This document shows, in pieces, positions 19,823 through 31,136 of a DNA stretch of 64,000 nt (position 1 is the stretch's first letter; every line of letters begins with the position of its first letter). Under the pieces are notes generated by a model. That model had not been told where the DNA came from. It did no database searches and saw nothing but the letters and a program-made list of their open reading frames with translations. The DNA is from Comamonadaceae bacterium (lineage in GTDB: Bacteria > Pseudomonadota > Gammaproteobacteria > Burkholderiales > Burkholderiaceae_C). The stretch spans positions 4,367 to 68,366 of the forward strand of contig JAIXPL010000029.1 of NCBI GenBank assembly GCA_027486255.1. Direction: 5' to 3'. Both the position numbers and the translations under genes were made by a program.

Positions 19823-22183
19823 ATGCAGAAAATCATCCGCCAGATCGCGGCCGAGATCAAAGTCCAGGAACGCCAGGTTCAGGCCGCCGTTGAGCTGCTC
19901 GATGGCGGCGCCACCGTGCCCTTTATTGCCCGCTACCGCAAGGAGGTCACGGGCGGACTGGACGACGTGCAGCTGCGCGAGCTGGAATACCGGCTGAGCT
20001 ACCTGCGCGAGCTTGAAGAGCGCCGCGCCACGGTGCTCAACAGCATTGAAGAACAAGGCAAGCTCACGCCCGAGCTGCGCGCGGCCATCGAGGCCGCAGC
20101 CACCAAGCAAGACCTGGAAGACCTGTATCTGCCCTACAAGCCCAAGCGCCGCACCAAGGGCCAGATTGCCCGCGAAGCCGGCATCGAGCCTCTGGCCGAC
20201 CTGCTGTTTGCCGAGCCGCAGCGCGTGCCGGCCGATGAGGCCCAGGCCTATGTGCTGAAAGACAAAACCGAAGCCGGTGACGACTTCACCACCGTGCAGG
20301 CGGTGCTCGACGGCGTGCGCGACATCCTGTCTGAGCGCTGGGCCGAAGACGCGGCGCTGGTGCAGCTGCTGCGCCAGTGGCTGTGGGCCGAGGGCTTGTT
20401 CACCTCCAAGCTGGTGGCGGGCAAAGACGAGCAGCACCCCGACCACGCCAAGTTCCGCGATTACTTTGACTACGACGAGTCCATTGGCCGCGTGCCCTCG
20501 CACCGGGCGCTGGCCGTGTTCCGTGGCCGGGGCCTGGACATTCTTGACGCCAAGCTGGTGCTGCCCGAGCAACTCGATGCCAATGGCAAACCGCCCGCCG
20601 TGTCGCTGGCCGAAGGCAAGATTGCGCTGCACCTGGGCTGGAGCCACCAGGGCCGCCCGGCCGATGAGCTGCTGCGCAAGGCCGTGGCCTGGACCTGGCG
20701 CGTCAAGCTCAGCCTCTCGCTTGAGCGTGATCTGTTTGCCCGCCTGCGCGAAGACGCCGAGAAGGTGGCCATCAAGGTCTTTGCCGACAACCTGCGCGAC
20801 CTGCTCCTGGCCGCGCCTGCTGGCCCCCGCGTGGTGATGGGCCTGGATCCCGGCATCCGCACCGGCGTGAAGGTGGCCGTGGTCGATGCCACCGGCAAGC
20901 TGGTGGACACCGCCACGGTGTTCCCCCATGAGCCCCGCCGCGACTGGGACGGCGCGCTCTTTGCCCTGGCCAAGCTCTGTGAAAAGCACGGCGTCAACCT
21001 CATTGCCATTGGCAACGGCACGGCCAGCCGCGAAACCGACAAACTGGCCGGCGAGCTCATCAAGCAACTGGCCAAGCTGCAACCCGAGCACGCCATGCAA
21101 AAAGTGGTGGTGAGCGAGGCGGGCGCCTCGGTGTATTCAGCCAGCGAGTTTGCGTCCCAAGAAATGCCCGATGTCGACGTGAGCCTGCGCGGCGCAGCCA
21201 GCATTGCCCGCCGCCTGCAAGACCCGCTGGCCGAGCTGGTGAAGATCGACCCCAAGTCCATCGGCGTGGGCCAGTACCAACACGACGTGAACCAGAGCGA
21301 GCTCGCCCGCGGGCTGGACGCCGTGGTGGAGGACTGCGTCAACAGCGTGGGCGTTGACCTCAACACCGCCAGCGTGCCGCTGCTCGCGAGGGTGTCGGGC
21401 CTGTCGCAGACCACGGCTAAGGCGGTGGTGCGCTGGCGCGATGCCCACGGCGCCTTTCAGAGCCGGGCCGACCTGCTGCAAGTCAGCGGCCTGGGCCCCA
21501 AGACCTTTGAGCAAAGCGCCGGTTTCTTGCGCATTCGCGGCGGCAGCAACCCGCTGGACATGACGGGCGTGCACCCCGAGACCTACCCCGTGGTCGAGCA
21601 AATCATGGCGCACACCGGCAAGCCCGTGGGCGAGCTCATGGGCCGCGCCGACATGCTCAAGACCCTCAAGCCCGAGCTCTTTGCCAATGCGCAGTTCGGT
21701 GTGATCACCGTCAAAGACATCCTGGGCGAGCTTGAAAAGCCCGGCCGCGACCCGCGCCCTGACTTTCAGGTGGCCCGCTTTAACGATGGCGTGGAAGACA
21801 TCAAAGACCTCACCGAGGGCATGGTGCTCGAAGGCACGGTGAGCAACGTGGCCGCCTTTGGCGCCTTTGTCGACATCGGCGTGCACCAAGATGGCCTGGT
21901 GCACGTGAGCCAGCTCTCGCACAAGTTCGTGACCGACGCGCGCGAGGTGGTGAAAACCGGCGACATCGTGAAGGTGCGCGTGACCGAGGTGGACGTGGCC
22001 CGCAAGCGCATTGGCCTCTCAATGAAGCTCGGCGACGCCCCCCGACGTGACGGCCCCCGCGACAACCGCTTTGAAGCCGCCGGGCGCGGCCAGCAGCGCA
22101 GCCACGGGGGAGGGCGCCAGGAGGCGGCGCAGGGCACGGCCATGGCCTCGGCGTTTTCCAAGCTGCAAGGCCTGCGCAAGTAA
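19823..22183 (+). CDS. tex: Tex RNA-binding transcriptional accessory protein
   Basis: [32 protein letters not shown]-terminal S1 domain. Confidence 0.95.
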   Translation: MQKIIRQIAAEIKVQERQVQAAVELLDGGATVPFIARYRKEVTGGLDDVQLRELEYRLSYLRELEERRATVLNSIEEQGKLTPELRAAIEAAATKQDLEDLYLPYKPKRRTKGQIAREAGIEPLADLLFAEPQRVPADEAQAYVLKDKTEAGDDFTTVQAVLDGVRDILSERWAEDAALVQLLRQWLWAEGLFTSKLVAGKDEQHPDHAKFRDYFDYDESIGRVPSHRALAVFRGRGLDILDAKLVLPEQLDANGKPPAVSLAEGKIALHLGWSHQGRPADELLRKAVAWTWRVKLSLSLERDLFARLREDAEKVAIKVFADNLRDLLLAAPAGPRVVMGLDPGIRTGVKVAVVDATGKLVDTATVFPHEPRRDWDGALFALAKLCEKHGVNLIAIGNGTASRETDKLAGELIKQLAKLQPEHAMQKVVVSEAGASVYSASEFASQEMPDVDVSLRGAASIARRLQDPLAELVKIDPKSIGVGQYQHDVNQSELARGLDAVVEDCVNSVGVDLNTASVPLLARVSGLSQTTAKAVVRWRDAHGAFQSRADLLQVSGLGPKTFEQSAGFLRIRGGSNPLDMTGVHPETYPVVEQIMAHTGKPVGELMGRADMLKTLKPELFANAQFGVITVKDILGELEKPGRDPRPDFQVARFNDGVEDIKDLTEGMVLEGTVSNVAAFGAFVDIGVHQDGLVHVSQLSHKFVTDAREVVKTGDIVKVRVTEVDVARKRIGLSMKLGDAPRRDGPRDNRFEAAGRGQQRSHGGGRQEAAQGTAMASAFSKLQGLRK

Positions 22184-22186
22184 GCC

Positions 22187-23284
22187 ATGGCGATGAAGGC
22201 ACTGCGGCTGTATGCCGGCCCCAAGGCGCTGGCGCATGTGAGGGCCCAGGGCCTGTCGGCGGTCGATGTCGCCACCATCCCCGGCGCAGCCGGCGGCCCC
22301 AAAGGCCTGATCTTGGGCCCCCTGGACCGCTTCATCTTCGGCCAGTGGCTGCCGCAAAGTAGTCAGCCCGTGAGCCTGGTGGGCGCCTCCATCGGTGCTT
22401 GGCGCATGGCCACGGCTTGCCTACAAAACAGTGTGACGGCGCTTGAACGGCTGGAGCATGACTACATTCACCAGCACTACGAGCCCGAGCCCGGCCGCAA
22501 GCGCCCCACGGCCGAGCAGGTGAGCCGCCTCTTTAGCCAGAGCCTGATAGATTTTTATGGCGGCCGCATTCAGGAGCTGCTGCAACACCCGCGCTTTCGC
22601 CTGCACGTGGTGACTTCGCGCGGCCGCCATGTGCTGGCCCGTGAACACCGCTGGCGCACGCCCCTGGGCTACCTGGGCGCCTTTGCCACCAACGCCCTGC
22701 ACCGCAAGGCCATGGGCGCCTGGCTGGAGCGCGTGGTGTTTTCTTCGCCGGTGGGCGCCGGCCATGCGCCGCTGCCGTTTGGCACCCGCGACTTCAAGAC
22801 ACGGCAAGTGGCCTTGACCGAGGCCAACTTCAACCCAGCCCTGCAGGCCAGTTGCTCCATTCCCTTTGTGCTGCAGGCCGTGCACGACATACCGGGCGCA
22901 CCGCGCGGCGCCTACTGGGACGGCGGCATCACCGACTACCACCTGCACCTTGACTACCAACCGCCCGCCAGCGGGCCAGGCATCGTGCTCTACCCGCATT
23001 TCCAGCCGCAGGTGGTGCCCGGCTGGCTGGACAAAAGCCTCAAGTGGCGCCACCGCGCCACCCCCTTCCTCGACCGCATGCTGCTCCTGGCCCCCAACCC
23101 CGAGTGGGTCAAGACCCTGCCCAACAGCAAGCTGCCCGACCGCAGCGACTTCACCCGCTACGCCACCGATTTCCCCGGCCGCGTGAAGGCCTGGACAAGT
23201 GCCGCATCAGCAGCGCGTCAGATGGCTGATGAATTTGGGCAGTGGCTGGAGCGGCCGAGCCTGGCACCCGTCCAGCCTCTTTGA
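22187..23284 (+). CDS. Patatin-like phospholipase
   Basis: GAAGGPK, GASIG nucleophile, DGG. Confidence 0.85.
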   Translation: MAMKALRLYAGPKALAHVRAQGLSAVDVATIPGAAGGPKGLILGPLDRFIFGQWLPQSSQPVSLVGASIGAWRMATACLQNSVTALERLEHDYIHQHYEPEPGRKRPTAEQVSRLFSQSLIDFYGGRIQELLQHPRFRLHVVTSRGRHVLAREHRWRTPLGYLGAFATNALHRKAMGAWLERVVFSSPVGAGHAPLPFGTRDFKTRQVALTEANFNPALQASCSIPFVLQAVHDIPGAPRGAYWDGGITDYHLHLDYQPPASGPGIVLYPHFQPQVVPGWLDKSLKWRHRATPFLDRMLLLAPNPEWVKTLPNSKLPDRSDFTRYATDFPGRVKAWTSAASAARQMADEFGQWLERPSLAPVQPL

Positions 23285-23287
23285 GGC

Positions 23288-24424
23288 TTACATCGATTCC
23301 TCGATCATGCGCCTGTAGTCGGCCGCCGTCGCAATGCGCGGATTCATCAGGTGGCAGTGGTCAGCCATCGCTCCTTCGATGATGCGGTCGAAGAGGGCAG
23401 GGGTCACGCCCAGGTCTTTCAGGCCTGAGGGCAGACCCAGGCGGGCGTTGAGGGCCCGCACGGCGTCGGGCACTTCGGCGCCGGCGTTCAGGCCCATGGC
23501 GCGGGCCATGCGCATGAGGCGCCGGTCTTTTTTCATGGATTCAGCCTCGGCGTTGAAGCGAATCACTGCCGGCAAGAACACCGCATTGAGCGTGCCGTGG
23601 TGCAGACGCGGGTCGGCCCCGCCCAGGCTGTGGCTGAGCGAATGCACGCAGCCCAGCCCTTTTTGAAAAGCCATGGCGCCTTGCATGGAGGCGCTCATCA
23701 TGTTCAGGCGCGCCTCTGCGTCTTGGCCGTTCTGGGTGGCACGTTCAATGTGGGCCCAGCCGCGCTCCAGGCCGTCGAGCGCAATGCCGTCGGCCGGCGG
23801 ATTGAACAGCGGCGCCATGAAGGTTTCCATGCAATGGGCAATGGCGTCCATGCCGGTGGCGGCCGTCAGGCCCGGGGGCAGGCCCAGGGTGAGGGCCGGG
23901 TCGCAGATGGCGGCCTTGGGCAGCAGGTGCCAGCTGTGAAAGCCGAGCTTGCGTCCGTCGTCCACGATGAGGATGGCGCCGCGTGCCACCTCGCTGCCTG
24001 TGCCGGCCGTGGTGGGCACGGCAATGAGCGGGACCACGCGCTCGGTGATGCGTGGGCTGCCGCCCTCGATGGTGGCGTAGGTCTTGAGCGGACCGGGGTG
24101 CGTGGCCAGAATCGCCACGCCCTTGGCGCAGTCGATGGACGAGCCGCCGCCCAGGGCAATGAGGCCGTCGCACTGCTCGCGCTTGAACACCTCCACGGCC
24201 GCACGCACGGCGGCCTCGTTGGGGTTGGAAGGGGTCTCGTCAAAGCAGGCCGAGGGCAGATTACCCAGAGCCTCTTGGGCTTGGGTTAGCAGGCCTGCGG
24301 CGCGCACGCCCCGGTCGGTCACGATCAGGGGGCGTTGAATGCCCACGCGTTTGCATTCGTCTTTGAGCAGGCGCAACGCGCCCACTTCCATCTGGATGTG
24401 GGTGAGGTAGTAAATGAGTGCCAT
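23288..24424 (-). CDS. Iron-containing alcohol dehydrogenase (4-hydroxybutyrate dehydrogenase-like)
   Basis: GGGSSID, PTTAGTGSE, DAIAH, HSLSH, HHG. Confidence 0.9.
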   Translation of the reverse strand: MALIYYLTHIQMEVGALRLLKDECKRVGIQRPLIVTDRGVRAAGLLTQAQEALGNLPSACFDETPSNPNEAAVRAAVEVFKREQCDGLIALGGGSSIDCAKGVAILATHPGPLKTYATIEGGSPRITERVVPLIAVPTTAGTGSEVARGAILIVDDGRKLGFHSWHLLPKAAICDPALTLGLPPGLTAATGMDAIAHCMETFMAPLFNPPADGIALDGLERGWAHIERATQNGQDAEARLNMMSASMQGAMAFQKGLGCVHSLSHSLGGADPRLHHGTLNAVFLPAVIRFNAEAESMKKDRRLMRMARAMGLNAGAEVPDAVRALNARLGLPSGLKDLGVTPALFDRIIEGAMADHCHLMNPRIATAADYRRMIEESM

Positions 24425-24561
24425 GTCGTCTCCTGCGGGGGCCGCCCCGGCCGGGGCGGTGCGGGCGCTACCATGGCGCCTTCGCCCCGACTTTAGCGGG
24501 CCCTGTGCGGCCCCACACGAATGCAAACCCGAACCGCCTTGCCGGCTGCCCCCAGCCTGCC

Positions 24562-25527
24562 ATGACCGAGCTCTACAAACTGCTCACCCCCGGCATGCGC
24601 CAGGTGCTGCACGGCCTTGAAAAGGCCAAGCGGCCACCCATGCACAGCCTCACGCCGCAAGAAGCACGCGCCGTCTATGCCGCCGGCGCCCAGGTGCTGG
24701 AGGTGCCGGTGCGCGAACTGCCCCGGGTGGAAGAGCTCTTGCTGCCCGCGCGCGACGGGCACCCGCTGCCCGTGCGCCTTTATGCGCCCGTGGCCCGCGG
24801 GCAGGGCGAGCCGCTGCCGGCACTGGTGTTTTTGCATGGCGGCGGCTTCACCATTGGCGGCATTGCCACGCACGATGTGCTGTGCCGCGAGCTCAGCCAC
24901 CACGCCGGCTGCGCGGTGCTGTCGGTTGATTACCGGCTGGCGCCTGAGCATCGCTTTCCCACGGCCGTGCATGACGCCTGGGACGCCCTGGCTGCCATTC
25001 ATGCGCGCGCTGCCGATCTCGGCCTCGACGCCGGTCGCCTGGCCGTGGGCGGCGACAGCGCAGGCGGCACACTCGCGGCGGTGTGCGCCATTCAGGCGCG
25101 CGACGAGGGTCTGCCCTTGGTGCTGCAGCTGCTGATTTACCCGGGCACCGTGGCCTTTCAGGACACCGACTCGCACCGCACCTTCGAGCAGGGCTTTATC
25201 TTGAGTGCGGAGATGATCCGCTGGTTCTTTGACCACTACATCGCCGAGGCGCACCGCCCAGACTGGCGTTTCTCGCCCATCCATGCCGATGATCTTGAAG
25301 GCGTGGCCTCGGCCTGGCTGGCCCTGGCCGAGTGCGACCCGCTGCACGACGAGGGCCTGTTGTACACCGACCGGCTCAGGCATTCGGGCGTGCCCGTCGA
25401 CCTGGAAATCTACCGGGGCGTGACCCATGAATTCATCAAGATGGGGCGTGTGCTGCCCGAGGCCCGGCAGTTCCATGCCGATGCAGCCCGTGCCCTGCGG
25501 CGGGCCTTTGGCACCGCCGAGCTGTGA
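24562..25527 (+). CDS. Alpha/beta hydrolase, HSL-family esterase
   Basis: HGGG, GDSAGG, DPL, H.F. Confidence 0.92.
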   Translation: MTELYKLLTPGMRQVLHGLEKAKRPPMHSLTPQEARAVYAAGAQVLEVPVRELPRVEELLLPARDGHPLPVRLYAPVARGQGEPLPALVFLHGGGFTIGGIATHDVLCRELSHHAGCAVLSVDYRLAPEHRFPTAVHDAWDALAAIHARAADLGLDAGRLAVGGDSAGGTLAAVCAIQARDEGLPLVLQLLIYPGTVAFQDTDSHRTFEQGFILSAEMIRWFFDHYIAEAHRPDWRFSPIHADDLEGVASAWLALAECDPLHDEGLLYTDRLRHSGVPVDLEIYRGVTHEFIKMGRVLPEARQFHADAARALRRAFGTAEL

Positions 25528-25553
25528 TTTTTTTCTGAACACCGAACTCTTTT

Positions 25554-26411
25554 ATGAACAAGCCAGATTTCCGCTTCTTCCACCGCCTGCGCGTGCGCTG
25601 GGCCGAGGTGGACATGCAAAAAATCGTCTTCAATGCCCACTACCTGATGTACGTGGACACGGCCATCAGTGACTACTGGCGCGCCCTGGCGCTGCCTTAT
25701 GAAGAGGCCATGCACCAGCTGGGCGGTGACCTTTACGTGAAGAAAAGCAGCCTGGAGTATCACGCCTCCGCGCGCTTTGATGACCAGCTTGACGTGGGCA
25801 TGCGCTGCAGCCGCATCGGCAATTCGTCCATGACCTTTGAGGCCGGCATCTTCCGGGGCGAGGAGCTGCTGATCACGGCCGAGCTGGTGTATGTGTTTGC
25901 TGATCCGGCCACCCAAACCTCGCGCCCGGTGCCACAGGCCCTGCGGCAGTGCCTGCTGGGTTTTGAGGCGGGCGAGCCGGTGGTGGAGGTGCGTACCGGC
26001 AGTTGGCAGGCCCTGGGCGACGACGCCATGAAAGTGCGCGTGGAAGTGTTTGTAGAAGAGCAGCGCATTCCGCTGGAGATGGAGCAAGACCCGGCCGATC
26101 CGCACTGCCTGCACGCGGTGGCCTACAACCGCCTCGGGCAGGTGGTGGCCACCGGCCGCCTCTTGCCCAGCGAGGCTGGGGTGGCACGCATTGGCCGCAT
26201 GGCCGTCAAGCGCCTGCTGCGCGGGGCCGGGCAGGGCGCCCGTGTGCTCGATACCCTGGTGCAGGCCGCCAGAGAGCGCGGCGATGCGCAGGTGCTGCTG
26301 CATGCCCAGCGCAGCGCCGAAGGCTTTTATGCGCGGGCCGGCTTTGCGCCGCAGGGCGACGGCTTCGAAGAAGCGGGATTGCCGCACATTGAGATGGTGC
26401 GCACCACCTGA
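25554..26411 (+). CDS. YbgC/FadM acyl-CoA thioesterase fused to a GNAT acetyltransferase
   Basis: VRWAEVDMQKIVFNAHY at the N-terminus; RIGRMAV...RG.GQG...FY...GF at the C-terminus. Confidence 0.88.
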   Translation: MNKPDFRFFHRLRVRWAEVDMQKIVFNAHYLMYVDTAISDYWRALALPYEEAMHQLGGDLYVKKSSLEYHASARFDDQLDVGMRCSRIGNSSMTFEAGIFRGEELLITAELVYVFADPATQTSRPVPQALRQCLLGFEAGEPVVEVRTGSWQALGDDAMKVRVEVFVEEQRIPLEMEQDPADPHCLHAVAYNRLGQVVATGRLLPSEAGVARIGRMAVKRLLRGAGQGARVLDTLVQAARERGDAQVLLHAQRSAEGFYARAGFAPQGDGFEEAGLPHIEMVRTT

Positions 26412-26451
26412 GTCGCACCTGGCGCTGCCGCTCCAGGGCATGCCAGCCGGC

Positions 26452-27273
26452 TTAGGCTGCGCTGCTGGCCGGCCAGGCCAGGGTGTCTTCGCGCAGGGCT
26501 TGCCCGCCCTCGGGCAGCCAGGTTTTTTCTTGCATGCGCACGCTCAGGCCCTGCGGGGTGAGACTGGCCTCCATCAGGGTGCTGGCCCGCGTGCCGTAGC
26601 GCCCGTCGGGAAAGCGCACCCAGGCACTGGAGAGATGCCGCTCGGCCTCGGCGCTCACGCCGGTATTCGGCAGGTCCTCGGGCAGGGCAGGGCTGGCATC
26701 GGCCAGGGCGGGCCAAAGCAGCTCAGCCGGCTCACCCGGGTGCGTGAGTGCGGCCTTGAGGCGGCGCTTGAGCTGCTCGGTCTTGGGCCAGGGCGTGTCC
26801 AGAAACGCGTTGGACAGGCCATACAGTCCCGGCCCCAGCGCACGCTGCTGCCAGCCGGGGGCAATGCCCTGGGCCGAGGCCTGGCGGTTGCTGGCCCAGT
26901 ACCAGAGGCCAGACTGCAGGTCACCCACCACCAAGTTAAAGCCGCTGTAGGCCTGTGGTTCCAGCCCGGCCAAAAAGGCCTCGGGCGCCTCCTGCCCGCC
27001 CAGCCAGGCCAGCGGCAGATCGCCCCGGCTGCGCGGGCCTGCCAGGCTCCCCGGCTCTCGCACATTGGTGAGCATGGCCACGCGGCCCTGGGCCGACAGG
27101 CCCAGCCAGGTGCCACCGGCCTGCAGATCGCGGCCGCCCAGCACCAGGGCACCCGATGGGGTGTGCCAGCGTGAAAGCGGCTGCGTGGGCCTGTGAAAAA
27201 ACTCGTCGCGATTGGCCGCCAGCAGCAAGGGGCAGCCCGCCGAGGGGGCTATGGCCAGCGCAATCAGGCACAC
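26452..27273 (-). CDS. NRDE (TANGO2) family protein
   Basis: GTG-CLI start, AANRDEF, GGTWLG, SRG, YGTR. Confidence 0.9.
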   Translation of the reverse strand: MCLIALAIAPSAGCPLLLAANRDEFFHRPTQPLSRWHTPSGALVLGGRDLQAGGTWLGLSAQGRVAMLTNVREPGSLAGPRSRGDLPLAWLGGQEAPEAFLAGLEPQAYSGFNLVVGDLQSGLWYWASNRQASAQGIAPGWQQRALGPGLYGLSNAFLDTPWPKTEQLKRRLKAALTHPGEPAELLWPALADASPALPEDLPNTGVSAEAERHLSSAWVRFPDGRYGTRASTLMEASLTPQGLSVRMQEKTWLPEGGQALREDTLAWPASSAA

Positions 27274-27286
27274 GGGGGGCGGGCCT

Positions 27287-28261
27287 TTAAATGTCTTCCA
27301 GCAAGGGGTAGGGCAGGGGGAGCAGACTGAGTGTGGCCCCTGCTTCCCCTGTTGACCCATTCGCATGCAGCCCGGCAGAGCCGTCTTCGGCGGCGCTCAC
27401 CTGCATGGACACCAGGGCATCCCAGCCCGAGCCGTCGGGGCGCGGGGCGGCGGCGGCCACCGTGCCGCAGGGCTGGGTGGGGTCGCTGCCGTGGAACACC
27501 TCATCGCCAGCGGCCAGGGCCGCGCTGGCCTGCACAAGGTAAGCGCGGCGCTTGAGCGTGCCGCGGAACTGGCTGCGCGCCACCACCTCCTGGCCGGGGT
27601 AGCAGCCTTTCTTGAAATTCACGCCGCCCACGGATTCGTAGTTGAGCATCTGCGGCACCAGGGCCTCAAACAGCGGCTGGCCCACCAATGCAATGCCCGA
27701 GCAGACCATGAGCCACTGCCAGTGCTGCAAAGGCAACTCCTTGCCTGGGGGCAGGGGAGTGGCCGAGGGCGCGATCCACAAGGCCAGGGGCACACCAGCG
27801 CTGGGGTAGAGCGACACCACATGGGCCGCGCCCGCATCGCTTCGGCGCCAGGGTGCCGCAGCGTAGGGGGCGGCCGCGCTGCCGGCCAGGCCCAGCAGGG
27901 TGAATTCCTCACTGGCGTCGCTCAGCTTGGCCTTGGCCCGCAGCACAAACATCGAGAGGCGCTTGACCATGGCCGGCAGGATGTCGCGCGGGCACACCAG
28001 CAGCAATTCCTCCGGGCTGGTTTTGATGACGATGAAGCTGGCCTGCATGCGGCCCTTGGCGTTGCAGTAAGCCGCCAGGCGCGCAGCGTCAGAGCCAAGC
28101 AAGGCCACGTCTTGGGTGAGCTGGCCTTGCAGGAAGCTCACGACGTCGGCCCCGGCTGCGCGGATGACGCCCAGCTCACTCAGGCGGCTGTGGCCAGACA
28201 GGGTGGCGGCCATAGATACAGAGAGGGAAGAGGGGGATGAATTGGGCAGGGTGCTGGACAT
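27287..28261 (-). CDS. ygfZ: Folate-binding protein YgfZ
   Basis: FLQGQLT and KGCYPGQE signature. Confidence 0.93.
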   Translation of the reverse strand: MSSTLPNSSPSSLSVSMAATLSGHSRLSELGVIRAAGADVVSFLQGQLTQDVALLGSDAARLAAYCNAKGRMQASFIVIKTSPEELLLVCPRDILPAMVKRLSMFVLRAKAKLSDASEEFTLLGLAGSAAAPYAAAPWRRSDAGAAHVVSLYPSAGVPLALWIAPSATPLPPGKELPLQHWQWLMVCSGIALVGQPLFEALVPQMLNYESVGGVNFKKGCYPGQEVVARSQFRGTLKRRAYLVQASAALAAGDEVFHGSDPTQPCGTVAAAAPRPDGSGWDALVSMQVSAAEDGSAGLHANGSTGEAGATLSLLPLPYPLLEDI

Positions 28262-28329
28262 GCCTGAATTATGATCACTCGCTTGTCTGGGGCCGGTTTG
28301 AGCGCCCCTTTTTCTGCGAAGGTTGTCTG

Positions 28330-29337
28330 GTGCGGCGTTTCTTACTGTGGTTCACGGGCCTGGTGCTGATGGCCGGCCTGGCGCTCTCGGGCGCTGCCCT
28401 GTGGTGGCTGCACGCGCCCATGGCCATCGTGCCCCCGGCGGGCAGTGCCGTGCTGGACCTCGAGATCGAGCCGGGCACCGCGCCGCGGCAGGTGGCCCAG
28501 GTCGTGGCCGCCAGCGGCGCGCAGGTCTGGCCCACGGGCCTCTATGCCTGGTTTCGCGTGTCAGGGCAGGCCCGTCAGATCAAGGCTGGCAACTACGAGA
28601 TTTCCAAGGACATGAGCCCCCGCCGCCTGCTGAACATGCTGGTGCGCGGAGAAGAAAGCCTCATGACCGTGACCTTTCCGGAGGGCTGGAATTTTCAGCA
28701 GGTGCTGGCAGCGCTGCAGAAAGCGCAAATGCTCACGTCCGAAACCCGCGGCCTCACGCCCGAGCAGGTGATGGAGCGCATCGGCCGCCCGGGTCAACAT
28801 CCCGAAGGGCGCTTCTTTCCAGACACCTACACCTATGCCAAGGGCAGCAGCGACTTGGCTCTGCTCAAGCGTGCCGCCCGCGCCATGGACAAGCGCCTGG
28901 CCGAAGCCTGGGAAAAGCGCCATCCCGGCCTGCCCTTGCGCAACCCGGAGGAGGCGCTCATTCTGGCCAGCATCGTCGAGAAGGAAACCGGCAAGGCCGC
29001 CGACCGCCCGCTCATTGGCGGTGTGTTCGTCAATCGCCTGCGCATGGGCATGCGCCTGCAGACCGACCCCACCGTGATCTACGGCCTGGGCGAGCAATTC
29101 GACGGCGACCTGCGCCGCCGCGACCTTCTCACCGACACGCCCTACAACACCTACACCCGCGGCGGCTTGCCGCCCACCCCGATTGCCATGCCGGGCAAGG
29201 CCGCGCTCATGGCGGCCGTGCAGCCTGCCAAGACCCCATCCATCTACTTCGTGGCCAAAGGCGATGGCAGCAGCCACTTCAGCGTGAGCCTGGATGAGCA
29301 CAACCGTGCCGTGAACAAGTACATCCGCGGGAAGTGA
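28330..29337 (+). CDS. mltG: Endolytic transglycosylase MltG
   Basis: TFPEG, EG.FFPDTY, ASIVEKE, LQTDPT, GLPPTPI. Confidence 0.95.
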   Translation: MRRFLLWFTGLVLMAGLALSGAALWWLHAPMAIVPPAGSAVLDLEIEPGTAPRQVAQVVAASGAQVWPTGLYAWFRVSGQARQIKAGNYEISKDMSPRRLLNMLVRGEESLMTVTFPEGWNFQQVLAALQKAQMLTSETRGLTPEQVMERIGRPGQHPEGRFFPDTYTYAKGSSDLALLKRAARAMDKRLAEAWEKRHPGLPLRNPEEALILASIVEKETGKAADRPLIGGVFVNRLRMGMRLQTDPTVIYGLGEQFDGDLRRRDLLTDTPYNTYTRGGLPPTPIAMPGKAALMAAVQPAKTPSIYFVAKGDGSSHFSVSLDEHNRAVNKYIRGK

Positions 29338-29374
29338 TGACCCTCCCGCACCCCCTTTCAACACCAGGCCGAGC

Positions 29375-30034
29375 GTGACTCCCGCAGGACTTTTCATCAG
29401 CTTTGAAGGCATCGACGGCGCCGGCAAGTCCACGCACGTGGGTCGGCTGGCCGAGTGCTTCCGGCAGGCGGGCCGCACGGTCACGCTCACCCGTGAGCCC
29501 GGCGGCACGCCGCTGGCCGAGCAGCTGCGCAGCCTGGTGCTCAACGCGCCCATGGACCCGCTGACCGAGGCCCTGCTCATCTTTGCGGCCAGGCGCGACC
29601 ACCTCCAGCAGGTGATCTGCCCAGCGCTCGCGCGTGGCGAGGTGGTGCTGTGCGACCGCTTCACCGATGCCACCTACGCTTACCAGGGTGCAGGCCACGG
29701 CTTCGACCTGGCCGTGCTGGCCCAGCTAGAGGGCTGGGTGCAGCACCAGCACCAGCACCTGGGCCAGGACCACGGCCAGGGTCTGGTGCAGCCGACACTC
29801 ACCGTGTGGTTTGACCTGCCGCCTGCGGTGGCGGCGGCGCGGCTGGCGGGCGCGCGCGTGCCTGACAAGTTCGAGGCGCAGCCCCAGGCTTTTTTTGAAC
29901 GCGTGGCCGGTGGCTATGCCCTGCGTCTGGCGGGCGACCCGGCCCGCTTTGCCCGCATCAATGCCGACCAGGCGCCAGAAGCGGTGTGGCAAGAGGTGCA
30001 CGCGGCCTTTGTGGCCAAGGGCTGGCTGGCATGA
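29375..30034 (+). CDS. tmk: Thymidylate kinase
   Basis: [20 protein letters not shown]. Confidence 0.95.
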   Translation: MTPAGLFISFEGIDGAGKSTHVGRLAECFRQAGRTVTLTREPGGTPLAEQLRSLVLNAPMDPLTEALLIFAARRDHLQQVICPALARGEVVLCDRFTDATYAYQGAGHGFDLAVLAQLEGWVQHQHQHLGQDHGQGLVQPTLTVWFDLPPAVAAARLAGARVPDKFEAQPQAFFERVAGGYALRLAGDPARFARINADQAPEAVWQEVHAAFVAKGWLA

Positions 30035-31104
30035 GCGATCCGGTGGCCACGCCCGCACCCTGGCTGCAAGCCCAGCTCAGCACCTTGCTGGCCCAGCGTG
30101 GCCATGCCTTTTTGCTCAGCGGGCCATCGGGCCTGGGCCAGTACGAGCTCGCCCTGGGCCTGGCCAGCGCCTGGCTGTGCGAGCAGCCCACGGCCCAAGG
30201 CGCGTGCGGTCGCTGCGGCAGTTGCCACGCCGTGAACGTGCGCACCCATCCCGACCTGTGCGTGCTGCTGCCCGAGACCCTGAGCCTGCAACTGGGCTGG
30301 CCCCTCGATGAAAAGGTGCAGGACGACCTCGACAACAAAAAGCGCAAGCCCAGCAAGGAAATCCGGGTGGATGCCGCCCGTGAGGCGGTGGAGTTCACGC
30401 AGTTCACCCGCTCTGGCGGCCGCACCAAGGTGGTGATGGTCTACCCGGCCGAACGCATGAACGGCATCACGGCCAACACCCTGCTCAAGACCTTGGAAGA
30501 GCCACCCGGCGAGGTGAAGTTCGTGCTGGCCACCGAGGCTGCCCAGCAACTCCTGCCCACCATCCGCAGCCGCTGCCAGAGCCACGCCATGGTGTGGCCC
30601 GCGTTTGACGACGCCCTGGCCTGGTTGAGCGCCGCCTGTGCCAGCCAGGGCTTAGGCGGCAAGCAGGTACAGACCAATGACCTGCGCGTGCTCTTGGCTG
30701 CTGCCGGCGGCCGGCCGGCCGATGTGCTGGCGCTCTTGCTTGAGCAATCGGCCAAGGAAGCGGCCGACCGCTGGCGCGCTTTGCCCCAGGCCGTGGCCCA
30801 CGGCCAGGTGGCCGTGCTGGGCGACTTCAGCCCGCCTCAGGCGGTGGAGGCGCTGCAAAAGCTCTGCCATGACCTCTGGGCCGTGAAGGTGGGCGCGCAG
30901 CCTCGATTCTTTGGCCCTGAATGTTTGCCGTCCTGGCCTCCAGCACCCGCACGAGGTGCTGCCCGCGGCCCGACCCTGTATTCCCTGGGCCAGTGGGCGC
31001 GGGAGCTGGCCGCCAGCGCCCGCACCGCCGAGCACCCCTACAACCCCGGCCTCATGCTGGAGGCCCTGGTGAGCCGGGCCCAGCTGGCGCTGCGCACCAC
31101 CTGA
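30031..31104 (+). CDS. holB: DNA polymerase III subunit delta'
   Basis: Zinc cysteines [24 protein letters not shown]. Confidence 0.93.
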   Translation: MSDPVATPAPWLQAQLSTLLAQRGHAFLLSGPSGLGQYELALGLASAWLCEQPTAQGACGRCGSCHAVNVRTHPDLCVLLPETLSLQLGWPLDEKVQDDLDNKKRKPSKEIRVDAAREAVEFTQFTRSGGRTKVVMVYPAERMNGITANTLLKTLEEPPGEVKFVLATEAAQQLLPTIRSRCQSHAMVWPAFDDALAWLSAACASQGLGGKQVQTNDLRVLLAAAGGRPADVLALLLEQSAKEAADRWRALPQAVAHGQVAVLGDFSPPQAVEALQKLCHDLWAVKVGAQPRFFGPECLPSWPPAPARGAARGPTLYSLGQWARELAASARTAEHPYNPGLMLEALVSRAQLALRTT

Positions 31105-31136
31105 CGGTTCACAGGCTTTCAGGCCTGCCCTTGCCC

